A stretch of 64,000 nucleotides of DNA from Raja brachyura (Eukaryota), in assembly GCA_963514005.1 (NCBI GenBank), contig OY740796.1:46872001-46936000 (forward strand), written 5' to 3'. A model generated the notes under the pieces. The model did not search any database. It worked only from the letters and a program-made list of their open reading frames with translations, and was not told where the DNA came from. Below, one piece after another: positions 37,914-50,985 of the stretch (position 1 is the stretch's first letter; the number at the start of each line of letters is the position of its first letter). Position numbers and translations under genes: made by a program.

Positions 37914-39149
37914 GTGAGTATCTCATCTTTTGAAGTCAGCCAAACTGCATGCTTAAAAAGGTTATTTCCATACAGCCATTGTTTGTGTGCATGTGCTCTG
38001 AATAGGAAATTAGGGCCATCTTTATGCACGGATTAAGGATGTGATGAGCTGCAACTATTATTAATTCTGTTCATTTTATCTAATCATTTCAGTTATTTAC
38101 TCACTTTCTATGCCAATACACTTACTAGATTACGGGACTTAAATTTTACAATCCAACATTTTTATCAATGATACTCTTAACTCTGGAAGAAAAACAATTA
38201 AAAAGGTAATGTTGAAGAGCAAAGGAGTTGAGAGTCTAATTTAGTTCTGCCAGAGTCAAAGGATTTATGTTGTGGAAAGTGATAAGAATAGTCCAGAAAT
38301 TAGGTGTCTGAAATGAGAAGAGACCCAATTTAGATAGGATCTGGAAAACATACAAAACTGCATACCTGCAGTTAAATCCCAGTATGATTCCCTCACGTTG
38401 AAATTGTTCTGACCATCCAAGTAAAGCTGTGATTCAAAGTGCACCACATCCAATGTTTTTCTCCTTGTTTTTAACCTACAAAAAAAACATATGTTTGCCT
38501 CCAACACACAAAACTGATTGCGTCACTTTTTCTAGTGAGTGGAATAAGTTCTATGGAGGTTGTGCCCTGTACAACCCAGTGAATAAATCCCTACAGTTAT
38601 CAATAATTCAGCCTCCGTCATCTTGCAACATTTTCAGTTCCAACTACTGTGCTTTCGATGCTCCCCACCTCTACCTCATTCCTCACACCTACTTTCAAGC
38701 CATCAACTGTACAATGTCTCCTCATGACTTGCATCTGGCATGACAAAAGTATGCAGCCATGGCTCAAAATTAAAACTTCATATTTAAATCTGAGTCCTAA
38801 TTGAGTTGGGTTATTATATTGTGATATACATAAAGGTGCAATAAAATTCCTTGTTTGCGTTAAGTTCGTAGAATACACACTATACATGATAGCGATGGAT
38901 ACAATACTAAATACAATGACAAATTGAAAACGGCAAAGATAGATTAGCCATGGTTGAATGGCGGTGTAGACTTGATGAACTGAATGGCCTAATTTTGCTC
39001 CTTTAATTTACGGACTTATGGCTCACAGGATTATAGTGCAATCTGAAGTAGTGCAAAAAAAACAAAAACACTCAACATCGGAAGAACCAAATAAGGCAGA
39101 GTTATAAGAGAATGTGGCAACATCCCTGGGAAGGGGATGAGAAAGAAGT

Positions 39150-40220
39150 GAATTGGTCAGAAGTTTGATAGCAGTGGGGAACTGTTCTTAAATCAAGATA
39201 TTCACGTTTTCAAGCCCTTGTAATTTCTCCCAGAAAGTAGAATAGAAAGAAGGGAATAGTCGGGGTGGCAGGCATCCTTGACAATACTTCAGCCTTCCTG
39301 ATGCATGTCATGAGCATGGGATGGATGGAAGGAAGTGACAAGCTTGTGTGTTGGGCTGGGTGGTGTTCACCCCTCTCTGTAGGTTCAGGTGGTCAAGAGC
39401 AAAGTATTTGCTATACCAGTTGAGATTTTTCCCATTGGAATACAGTCTATAACATCATTTGAAGTTTGAGAGAATCCTTGTGAACAAGTCAGATCCCCTC
39501 TGATATAAATATGCTGATGTTGCTTTCTTGATCACTGCGACATTGTGAAGGGACCAGTTTAGCTCGCTGACGATATGGATGTTTTGGAACTGGAAGCTCT
39601 ACAGCAGCTCTGTTATATTCACCCTCTCCTCCCCCTGCTTCTTTGGATCAATAGCCATCTCTTTCATCTTGTTGATATTAAGGACTTGGTAGTTGTGCTG
39701 AACCAAGGTTTGCATTCTCATTCCTGTAGTCCATTTCATCACTAATGTTTATCCAGCTGACAAGTCGTATCATCAGTGAACTTAAAGGTCGGGTTGGCGC
39801 TATACTTGGCTACACAATCATAGGTGTGCAAGGAATAGAGCAATGGGCTGAGCAGGCAGTCCTGTGGGGACCTCTTGTTGAGGGTCAGAGTGGAGGAAAT
39901 GCTGTGATTAATTCCAACCGACTGGGGTCTATCAGATGCCAGTTGCAGATGGAAGTCCAAAGACCAAGAGTTTACAAATAGGTTTATTCAGTATTACGGC
40001 ATTGCAGGCTGTTGCAGTCACTGAATAGCATCCTGTTGTAGGTGTTTTTATTGTCAAGATGGATCTGAGCTGAATGTATTGCAAGGACGATGGCATCCTC
40101 CGTGGAACTATTTCTCCACTGTACAAATTGCAAGGGGTCTAGCTTGTCCAGAAGAGTGATACAGATGTGGGAAAGTCGCTTTCCTTGGGGACTGCAATGA
40201 AGGTGGTTTCCTTGAAGCAG
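39150..40220 (-). mobile_element. Degraded Rex1/Babar-like LINE RT fragment
   Basis: Minus ORF RPQSVGIN..SSTLTLN..PQDCLLSPLLYSLHTYDC..FKFTDDTT (RT motifs). Confidence 0.78.
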
Positions 40221-41583
40221 AGGGGGACAGTAATGGTTTGTAGTAGGCTAATTAGCAGTAGTTACATCCATGATGAAACAATGTGTTTGTTAAACACCCA
40301 GTGCAAAGTTTTTTATTAAATTAACCACCAGCCAACAATATTAGCAATAATGCTGGAAGAATGGAGCCAAAATGTTATATCAATCAGAGGCAAACATTGG
40401 CTGTTGGAATCTCCATTATGTGTTCTTTTTTTGGGGGAGGGCGATGCGAAGAAAGGCTTTATGGAGCTAGTTATCCTCATGACATTAAAACGGGTTATGC
40501 ATTTTAACTGAGGCCGTCACCAAAGAGGTGAGAATTTTTTTTTTTTTTAAAGCATTGCAAGTATTTTACAATTTTATTTTTATTGCTTTTATTTTCATAT
40601 TGATAGAATTTTGAATGTGGGGTTGTCTGTTGCAGCAATTAGTTTGTAAATCAATGAACATTTTGCAAGATATTAGCATGTATCTTAAAAGGAAAGTTGA
40701 TATTTGCAATTGTAATCATATGCCGTTTAATTGTAACATTTGTAATATCTTTACTGTTTACCTTGCATTCACGAAAATACTTCTGGCGTTCTTTCAGTTG
40801 ATAAAAACAAAAATTACAGTGCCATTTTAAGGCTGATTACACTTGCTTGTACGTGCAAGAATATTGAATATGGTTCTTGTATGAATGCGCTGGATGTAAG
40901 ATTTTAAAAAACTCACTTCTGAGTTGAGACGCAAGGGGTCAAAATGCTTGCACTTTTGCTACATTCATACTTGAAGCAGCCAGCCAACTATCTACAGGCT
41001 GAAGAAAAATTACCTGTGCCAATCAGGGCAGTTTGAAATGATTTCCAGAAAAGAGAGACTTTGTTTCATTGAGGGGGGGGGGGGGGGAAAGGGGGGGGTG
41101 AATCCATGTGATCTCAGCATTCCAACACAATTATACAGCTTAAAATAGTTCCACGACAAAGTCTCACTTGTTTTTGCCGGTTTACAGGATGTAGTTAGAT
41201 TGTGAGGTTAGTGTTTCTAGGGTGCTTGAGAAAGGCATGCAATTACTGGAAGTAATGCTAAAGTCAGTGAATGTGGCCGAGGGCTTTGGAACTATACAGC
41301 TCTCTGTCCAGTGTAATGCTGGAGCTTGCAGCTGTCGGTGCATTCAATCATACTCGTTATGTTGCTGTTTATTGGACAGAGTTATATTTTACTAAGCTCA
41401 TTTCTTTAAGTAGTTGAAACTGTATGTAATGTCATCAAACTAAGTTTGTATTTGTAATTCATCAGTTTTTTTTGTACAGAGCAGTATACCCCCCCCCCAT
41501 CGAACTTCATATTGTTTCATTACCTGATTTGGCTTGACTAATTGTTCAATTTCTTTTTCCATTTATATGTTTGAAAACTGTAG

Positions 41584-41655
41584 GACACTGTTTGGAAACA
41601 AGATCAAATCTGTGGCCAAAAAAGCTTTTGTGGGGCTGGAGGCCCTTGAACACCT
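41584..41655 (+). CDS. LRIG1: LRIG1 exon 10 ([24 protein letters not shown])
   Basis: ctgtag acceptor, gtgagt donor, 72 nt. Confidence 0.95.
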
Positions 41656-42504
41656 GTGAGTATCCAATAGTATATTGAATTAGCAGTTTGCCAAGAGTGG
41701 CTGCTTTAGGAGGCGGCTCGCAATTTAATAGCTCTTTGTAAACTGAGAAGAAGTTGCATTTTCAGAGGCCATCTGCTGCTTTCTCGTTATAGTCTGCTTA
41801 AACTTTGGCCCTATTTTTGTTTTGCCCTTAAGGCATTAAAGGAAAAATCCAATCTCTGAATAAATTTGAATTTAACACACGCACAGACGCACACTTCAAT
41901 ATCTTAATGTTGCTAACCCAATTCCATTATTTTTTTTCCCCAATAATAAATAATTACTCAATATATTTCTTGCTGATCTCGGGAGATCCTTGGAAATCTT
42001 GCCAGGCTTCTTGTTTGTTCTGAAAATTAAAAATATTTACACTTGCACAAAAATGATCTCATTGTCTTATAACTTTGGGAACACAGTATTGTGTGGTATT
42101 ATGTTCCTGATTTAACTATTTTAAATGTTTTTTTTCCCCATGCCTTGATAACCAGTGTGAATTAATTCCAGTTTTTGTTTCTTTTTTCTGTTAAGTTCCA
42201 ACTTTACGATACAGTACGATAGAACTTTAGTTATCCCAGGAGGGAAATTACATTCTTTATCGTCCTTTTTTATTTATAAATCTAAATTATGGTGGAGTTG
42301 TTTCTGAAAGGAGATCAATTTATCAAATATTGATACAATTGCAAGTTAATTTACAGGTTCCATATTACAAACAAATTTGTTCTACCAGATTTTGTGTGTG
42401 TGTGTGGAGGGGCATGGTGGTGTGGGGTACCGAAGAGGGGATTACTTGGTGTTAAATGGACTTTGACATTGTGTTATGAACTACAAACAAATTATCCGTT
42501 ACAG

Positions 42505-42576
42505 AAATCTGGGGAACAATATGATCCGATCTATTCAAGGAGAAGCGTTTTCCAGAATGAAGAATCTAAAGGAATT
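42505..42576 (+). CDS. LRIG1: LRIG1 exon 11 (NLGNNMIRSIQGEAFSRMKNLKEL)
   Basis: ttacag acceptor, gtaagt donor, 72 nt. Confidence 0.94.
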
Positions 42577-43697
42577 GTAAGTAACTATACTATCTGAGGG
42601 TAGAGGTTTTGTTTTGAACATAATCTTTGAACTTTAGACTGGGTGCAAATTGTACTACTTTTCTAAATTTTATTTTGCTCGGGTATTCTGTCTGCTTAAA
42701 ATACTACATCCAGAATGAAGATGTGATAAATACCATTCAATTTAAAAATCACAAACCAATCCTAAATACAAAGAGCACCACTTGCTTCCTAGAAGCTATG
42801 TTCATTGCCCTCTTTTGTTCATATACGTGCAACATCTTGTAGAACCATAGAAATGATGGCACAGAAAGAATAAATTCAGCCAAGTGAGCTTATGGGAGCC
42901 ATCTACGTGTCCCAGTACCTTCTTGCCCCATAGATCTGAAAATTATTCCTTGTATACTACCTATCCAGATATCTTCTAAAGGATGGATTTATTCTGTTAG
43001 AATCATGGCCAACAATAAGTTCTAGGTCCTACTTATTGAGGTTTTTTAATAAACTTATCTTTGCTTTCCTTTTGTGTAGCATGTTAACATTGTTTATCTT
43101 TTCTCGTGTTCATTGAACAATCCACTAATGGCAACAACTTCCGTCTTTACCTTTGTATAAACTAATAATTCTAAAAAATCTGTCAAACGTACTTACTTCA
43201 AGAACAACCGCAAATTTTTCAGTGTAATCTTATAGACAAAATCCTTCACCCTTGAAATTATTTGTGTAAATCTTTTTTATACTTTCTACACGACCTTCAG
43301 CTCTTTCCTCTTGTATGTTGCCTCTATATAATTTTGTGCAGGTTCAGTGTAAAAATCGAAACTGTATATGGGATCCAGGAGGTAGTTCCTCAACATGCCC
43401 TCCCACATTCCTCATTTTAAACCCTTTAACCTGCCAGTCTATATCTTAGTTTTTCTGCCAAAGCATTATTTCAATCTTCTGTATTCAGCTGCAGAATACA
43501 TCGTCTATTGTAGTACTTTATTAAACTCATCATCGAACTTCCAAGTTTTATATCATGCAAATTTGGAAATGTTATGAAACTGTAGGCAAATAAAATTCAG
43601 AACCATATACCCAATGCCTTTGTACTTACTCGGATCATGGTAATATCAGATTACATTATTCAAAACGCTTTTATAATTAAAACATTTGTTTCTACAG

Positions 43698-43861
43698 ATA
43701 TATGAACAGTGATAGTTTTTTGTGTGATTGCCAATTAAAATGGCTGCCACAATGGCTCTTAGTAAGAGATTTCCAATCAAATGTGGTTGGCACATGTGCT
43801 CATCCAGAATCACTAAAAGGAAAAAGTATATTTATTGTGCCTGCAGAAAGTTTTGTTTGTG
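43698..43861 (+). CDS. LRIG1: LRIG1 exon 12 (LRRCT: [20 protein letters not shown]...[22 protein letters not shown])
   Basis: tctacag acceptor, gtaagt donor, 164 nt, CxC...C...C LRRCT cap. Confidence 0.96.
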
Positions 43862-43996
43862 GTAAGTTATTCTTCCTAATTATTTAAAAAAATGATTATT
43901 CTGCTTCTGTCATCACATTATAAATGAGATTAATTTGGGAAGCTGATACGGAGCTGGTTAACTTGTGGCTCAAGAGACAAGAGTGTTTTATTGTCA

Positions 43997-44185
43997 AAGA
44001 AGGAACTGCAGATGCTGGAGAATCGAGGGTTACACAAAAAGCTGGAGAAACTCAGCGGGTGCAGCAGCGAAGTACCCGAAGCAGCAGCGAACATCTAAGG
44101 AGTGAAGGAGATAAGCAACGTTTCGGGTCGAGACCCTTCTTCCTCCTCTCGACGTTTTGTTTCTCCAGCTTTTTGTGTAACCCCC
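43997..44185. mobile_element. Penelope-type palindromic short insertion inside a LINE 3' tail
   Basis: 14-bp direct repeat gtgttttattgtca at 43983-43996 and 44186-44199; arms gggttacacaaaaagctggagaaac / gtttctccagctttttgtgtaaccc; truncated antisense hammerhead motif. Confidence 0.75.
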
Positions 44186-45028
44186 GTGTTTTATTGTCAT
44201 ATGTCCCGGATAGAATAATGAAATTCTTGCTTGCTGCAGCACAACAGAATATGTAAACATAGTACATAACGGGAGAAAAAACATCGAATGTATTTATTTC
44301 TGGTGATTTTTTTAACATTCTGTTAAAGATATGAGCCTATTAAAACTAATATTAATTTACACTGCATGAATCAGTATAACGTATTTGAGATGCATTCTCA
44401 CACATTCTAGTTTAATTTATTGTCAAGGTAGTGAAAACCTTTTGTTGCGTGCAAACTAGTCAGCAGAAAGACAATACATGATTCCAATCGAGGCATCGAC
44501 AGTGTACAGATACAGGATAAAGGAAAGAACATTTAGTGTGGTTGACTTGTATAGTGGTGTGAGAATGGTCCTGAGGCCAGTATAGGGATCTCTCTTGATC
44601 GGAAGTTTGTCATCGAAAACTAGTGACCTCATGACAACAAGTGACATGGCAAGCTTGCTTTGTGAGAATCGCAGGCAATAACCCAAATATGCCTGCTATC
44701 TGCCGCAAACATACTTGCAGGTCCTGATAAAAGAATGGGTTATAACTTCTAGAACATGTTCGCTAAGGTTATGGCTGGCAAGTGAAACGAGTGGTTTCCT
44801 CAATGGTTTATAGAAACAAACTTGTAATCAAAGACTTTTCTGCGATCCTAATTTTTTGATTGGCTTAGCTATGTCCACAAGACAATGATTTTCATCAAAA
44901 ATATAACACACTGTAATAAACTTCTGATCTCTCCATTCCACCTGCCTATCTGCAATAAAACATATTGTAACTTTATCAATTTATGAACTGTTCCTCAAAT
45001 TTGTTCCTCTACTTGTTTATTTTTTCAG

Positions 45029-45349
45029 ATGACTTTCCAAAGCCTCAGATCATTGTTCAGCCTGAGACCACCATGGCTATGCTTGGCAGAGATATTCATT
45101 TTACTTGTTCAGCTGCAAGCAGTAGCAACTTCCCAATGATATTTGCCTGGAAAAAAGATCACGAGATTCTACACAATGCTGAGATTGAGAACTTTGCACA
45201 CGTTCGGGCAAAGGATGGTGAAGTAATGGAATATACCACCATTCTTCATTTAAGAAATGTGAAATTTTCAGATGAAGGGAGATATCAGTGTATGATAACT
45301 AACAACTTTGGTTCGACTTACTCTACTCGAGCCAAGCTTACAGTTAACG
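45029..45349 (+). CDS. LRIG1: LRIG1 exon 13 (Ig domain 1)
   Basis: tttcag acceptor, gtgggt donor, 321 nt; [14 protein letters not shown]...EGRYQC...AKLTVN. Confidence 0.96.
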
Positions 45350-45686
45350 GTGGGTACAGCAGGATACACACTTGATGTGTTCGTTTAACTTGTTACGACA
45401 AATGGTTCAAGATGGTGACACACCAAAAATCTAGCTATGAACAGGCTGCAGATTTACAAACCAAAAAACTGCAGATGGTAAAAATCTGAAACATAAACAA
45501 AATAATCTAGCATGCTAAACAATATCTATGGAGAAGGAAACTGAATTGCACCTTTTCAGATTGATGACCACCTGATTTAAAATGTCATTTTGCAATCTGA
45601 AACAGCCCCACATTTCTATACCATTGCAGTTGACAATGCATTTATAATAACACATATTCCAGAATGCAGTGGAGACATAGACATTG

Positions 45687-46009
45687 TTTTGTTTAGTTTA
45701 GAGGTACAGCGCGGAAACAGACACTTCGGCACACCAAGTCCGCATCGACTAGCGATACCCGCACATGAACACTGCCCTGCACACACTAGGGCCAATGTTA
45801 TATTTATACTGAGGCAATTAACCTACAAACCTGTAAGTCTTTGGAGTGTGGGAGGAAACCGAAGATCTTGGAGGAAACCCACACATGTCACTGGGAGAAC
45901 GTACAAACTTTGTAGAGACGTAGTCAGGATCGAACCTGGGTCTCTGGCGCTGTAAGGGAGTAGCTCTACTGCTACACCACCATGCCGCCCCACTACGCTA
46001 CTGTGCCGC
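45687..46009 (-). mobile_element. tRNA-derived SINE (HE1/V-SINE-like), near full length
   Basis: Antisense B box (ggatcgaacc) and A-box region, central core, tttagtttaga tail. Confidence 0.85.
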
Positions 46010-46433
46010 ATATGTCCTAGTACATTTTACACACCGATTGTGTCAATTACCTATGTTATGGTTTAAAGTGGCATTGGTGGTCTGTTTTAACTACTGTTCC
46101 CTTAAGTGTGGGTCTTGTCATTAATTTGAAATATCATGGTCTTGGCTGTTGATTCCACTGGTGACCAAATATAGATCTTTCAGTCCACTTATCTAGATGT
46201 AAATTTGCAATGCAAACACTCACTATCATTCCAATAAAATCCCAAGTACTGGTGATGTCCTCGTAAGATAATGTCACCCACATGCTAAAATGAACTTTCA
46301 TTTGAAATATGTAAATGGGCCCAAAGTAGATTTGAAGGGAATGCTCAGCTCTCATTCATGCTGCTTATCATAAAAAAATTGCACTTTGAGAAATAATTTC
46401 TCTTGGCTTTATGGTAATATTTTATATTTGCAG

Positions 46434-46715
46434 TGTTGCCATCATTTGTTAAAACGCCAAGAGATATAACTATCAGAACAGGAGCCAATGCTCGGCTCGA
46501 ATGTGCGGCTACTGGCCACCCTGCTCCACAGATTGCATGGCAGAAGGATGGCGGGACAGATTTTCCTGCAGCCCGTGAAAGGCGGATGCACGTGATGCCT
46601 GAAGATGATGTTTTCTTTATTGTGGATGTAAAAACTGAAGATATGGGAGTTTACAGTTGTACAGCTCAAAATATTGCTGGGGCAATATCTGCTAATGCAT
46701 CCCTCACAGTATTGG
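46434..46715 (+). CDS. LRIG1: LRIG1 exon 14 (Ig domain 2)
   Basis: ttgcag acceptor, gtaggt donor, 282 nt; [37 protein letters not shown]. Confidence 0.97.
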
Positions 46716-48250
46716 GTAGGTGGATTCTGTTTATAGCTTTTTCAGAATTGTCCAATCAAAATATATTGCGTTGCAAAACATTAATTCATGATTAAAAAAA
46801 AAAAAATACTTAAGCAGAGATGACCTCGTGGGAGGTTTCTTTTTGTTATGGTTAATTCAGAATTTTTGACTGCTCTGTAGTCTTAACCGCAGCTAGATCT
46901 GGTAATCAGATTTAAATTCCTATATTGCTGACCATAATTAAAATCTGAGAATAAGGAACTGTACTTGTAAAAGTCGGTTTGCATTGTACAGAGTCTGTAG
47001 TCATTCTGCTGTTGATGTGCATGTGAATATAATGGGCGAGTCCTCTGTGTTTAGTGGATAATTAGTGTATCCATGCTCCATGTTTTAAGACAAAATCATT
47101 GGGCAACATCCATGGCGTAAGATGGAGCAGGCCCCCTGTGATTACTGTTCGAATAATGAATGGTGAGCTTTGTAGTCTTGTTATCACTACAATGGTCAGG
47201 GTTCCTTCCCCAGTGTCTTCACAATTCCACCTTCTACCCACCCACACAAATCTCCTAGAATCCAGAACACTGCTGCTTGTGCCTTACCACAAGTTTCATT
47301 AATCATAATATAAATATCTGATCTTGCCTTTTAATACCCAGCACCTTTTTCCTGAGGTGTATTTGTTTGGTTCTTTACTTTTGTTTTAGTCCCTTGGGCT
47401 CAAAATCCAGGAATGTAACAAGGTAAAATACCAAGATGTTGATAACGAAACTGAATGAAATCATTAGTTTTGTCCATCTGTATCTTGGGTCTCTTACAAT
47501 ATTATTGAAGCCACAACAGATTTATTATAGAAGCCACCAAAACTTTAAAGCACTTATCAGCAGTGAACCTCTGGAGGTTAAAACCAAACTCCAAAAAGAT
47601 AGAAAATATTCTGAAACTGGAGAACACCCACATTTACTGTGCTTCGGCATCTCTGCATTAGCTTTGAATTTGAGGTATCTTGGTTGAGTGAACCATTTGT
47701 TACCGAACACCAAACCAATCGTAATGTTGAAATGAACGGTGTTTAATTATGTTAGTTATTTTTTCAATTAAATATCATCTAAATAGTTTGCTAGAAAGTT
47801 GCTAAACTCATCCTCTTACTGTTAACAATGCATATCAATTAAGAGTATATTCCTTCAGTTTCATATTTATAGTTTCTTAAATTGTGATTGCTTATTTTGT
47901 CAACATTTATTTACTTTTGTGTTTCGTATTTTAAAATGGAGAAAGTAAAATTGTGAAGTTAATACCGGTCTCGGGAATTTTTGCAACCCACACCGTTCAC
48001 ATTAAAACCCATCTTTCTTGAGCTACTAATATGGTGGTGGCCTTTGGTTTTTTTGTTTCTCTGCCTCCAATTCAAATGCATCAAATGTGTAGAAGTAAGA
48101 TGCAGTATTAGTAATAATGGGGGGGACATATAAATGCTGGGGCGGAAGCTTTAGCATAACTTCATACAGCTTTTCTCAGATTAGAATACGTGTAAATTGA
48201 GGTACGTGGGTGAAGTTCAACTGTTTTACCTCTGCATTTTGTATTTTTAG

Positions 48251-48688
48251 AAACTCCATCATTGATTTATCCGCTGGAAGATCAAACAGTGGTGATTGGG
48301 GAAACGATTGCTCTGCAGTGCATGGCATCGGGAAGCCCTTCTCCACGAATAACCTGGTTAAAGGGCGATGAACCTCTTGTGGTTACACAGAGGCATCACT
48401 TCACGCCTGGAAACCAACTGCTGATCATACGGAATGTGGTGTCGGACGACGGGGGTAAATATACATGCGAGATGTCCAATCCACTGGGCACTGAACGAGC
48501 TCACAGTCACCTCAGCATTTTGCCGTCGTCGGCTTGTGTGGTGGGACAAAACAAACAGGATGCAACGATGACCGTGGGCATTGTCATCATCGCAGTGGTC
48601 TGCAGCATTGTCATAACCTCTCTGGTTTGGGTATGCATCATCTACCAGACCAGGAAGAAGAGTGAAGAATACAGTGTGACAAATACAG
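48251..48688 (+). CDS. LRIG1: LRIG1 exon 15 (Ig domain 3 + transmembrane helix + juxtamembrane)
   Basis: tttttag acceptor, gtgcgg donor, 438 nt; [26 protein letters not shown] followed by [14 protein letters not shown]. Confidence 0.96.
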
Positions 48689-50172
48689 GTGCGGGCGGCA
48701 CTTACCTCTTTATCTTTCAGTGATCCACTAACACTTTGAAGCATTATTTACTGCATGTTAAATGTAATCAAACTGGTACATGGTCCTGTTTCCCAAACAA
48801 TCCTGCTGCCAATTTATTAGATTCTAGAGTTTCATGATTCTGGAAAATGCTGCTGTTTTCCCTGTCCAATTAATTTTGTACAGATTTGTGAGTTTGCCCT
48901 TTGCCAAAAAAACGTGGGTAAGCAGTTTATTGTCAGACACGCGTTAAGTCAGACACACGTTAAGTCCCAGCTGGATGTCTGTTTTGCCTACCCACATATG
49001 CAAGTGGTTGACTTTCCAACTTTTATTGGAAACTTCACCAATCTGCATCTTTTTTTAACAATACTAGTGTTAATTACTTGTGGGATTCTGCAGCATCCAC
49101 CATTCACAATGTTAACAAGGTATATTGTGTTGTAGCGAGCATTTTACAGTTGAAATAAGTCTTGAAACAATTGCATTAAATGATGCAAGCATCCATTTAG
49201 CTAGTCTCTTATTTGTATATTAATGCATGAAATAAGAACTTTAACTAATAACCTGTGCAATCTGGTAGTTTCTTGAATCATTTATTGACTTTCAGAATCA
49301 TTCATTATTATGAACATTTTCTTGGCGCCTCCATTTGAAAGACGTTATGGGGATGGTTCCATTGCAAATAATTTGCAGCCATCTTGGCTTTCTTTGGTTG
49401 AATTCTCATAGCTGGCAACCTTTCCAGTCACCAAAATCATACATAATATTGAAACGGCGAACTTGATTATTGATTTGCTGCAAAAATTTGGACTATTGTA
49501 CCAAAGAGTCAATATTTTGAGTCGATGACTTCTCATCAGAACTCCTTTCTATCACTTTGGGATTCTTGCACTCTGGATGACTTTTAGTTCAGTCCCATTC
49601 TGCCGCAGATTTCCCTTCTTGAGCTGTGCCACTTCAAAGGACCATATGAAATATATCATGAGCATCGACCCCGTTCCAAAATATTACTTTTATAGTTTCA
49701 GATTTTTAAAACTGATTCAGATTCCTAAATTGGTAGATTGATGTTTTAAATTTATGTGTAAATGAAAATCAAAAACCTGCAAATGATGGAAGCACTGTGC
49801 AATAGAAAGTTATCAGCTTGTAATAACCTTATCCCAGTTTTCCCCATCCCAGTTTTGATGAAGGCTCATTAATTTGAAACATGAACTGTATTTATCTCTC
49901 CACAGATGCTGCCTGTCCTGCAGAATGCTTCGGGCATATTCAATTAAAATTTAAACTTTAGCTTGTTAGTCTAAGAATCCGATGCAACCAAACACCATGG
50001 TTCTGAGAAGCAGACATAATGTTAACATACTTAAAAGTTTGGACAGATTTTGATAAAGACTTTCCTAGGAATTAAATTTAGGGAAAGTCTGTAATACACA
50101 GTGGACCTCAGTGAAAGTGTGAGCTTGTGCCTGACATGCTTATTTTAACATGTATATATGCGTACATTGCAG

Positions 50173-50316
50173 ATGAAACCATCGTGCCAGATGTACCCAG
50201 TTGCCTCTCCTCACAAGGAACACTCTCTGAACGCCAGGATACTTCTCTCAGGGTGGATGGGAGCAGCAATTTGCAAATAGCAGCAGCAATGCCCAGTGGA
50301 CATACAGAGAGCAATG
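50173..50316 (+). CDS. LRIG1: LRIG1 exon 16 (cytoplasmic: [22 protein letters not shown]...GHTESN)
   Basis: ttgcag acceptor, gtatag donor, 144 nt, LRIG membrane-proximal motif. Confidence 0.92.
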
Positions 50317-50841
50317 GTATAGTTTTGATTTTTAACCCCCCATTTTTATTCCTTAGCACCGATCCTTCATTTTTTAATATTCCTGCAAAATAGTGCATGA
50401 AGCTCAGTGCACAGTGAAAGGTTTATGATTAATTGGATTTGGAATTGGCTTACTGATAGAAGACAGAGGGTTGTGCCAAAGCCGGGATTTTTACATTCCC
50501 AGGTGCTACTAGGCAGCACAGATCTGCCTCAATATCTAGAGCTTCATCAGTTTTATGATTCAGGTGTTAAGAATGGATGATGAACATGAGCTGGTTTTAT
50601 TTAGTATAATTTAGAACCTGTCATTTAAATGTTGCTCAGGCATTTGTTACCCTCTTCACATTTTGATGCCATGTTTTTTTTAACATTTCCCAAATCTATT
50701 GCTCTCTGCTAAAGGTTGTCTAATTTTCAATTCCACCATTTTCATAAGACAGTGGTATTTCTGGTGTCTACATATGCATCTTGATTGTTAACCATGAGCA
50801 TTCATTCAGAGTGGGCAAAATCTAACGGACTATCATTGCAG

Positions 50842-50985
50842 GTATATGTCGGACTGATGCTGGAAATTGCGCAGATGTGGACAATCACAATACTTCCTAT
50901 AGGAAAGCAAAGCATTGTGTTGGATGCAATATTAAAGATAGATGTAAACATGCAACAGATGGAAGACTGTGCCCAGAAAATCCAG
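50842..50985 (+). CDS. LRIG1: LRIG1 exon 17 (cytoplasmic: GICRTDAGNCADVDNHNTSYRKAKHCVGC...LCPENP)
   Basis: ttgcag acceptor, gtatgt donor, 144 nt, open in the required phase; weak similarity to recalled mammalian exon 17. Confidence 0.8.

Noticed and set aside
45930-46009. tRNA-like A/B boxes (also 62484, 63897)
   Set aside because: SINE heads followed by SINE body; no cloverleaf
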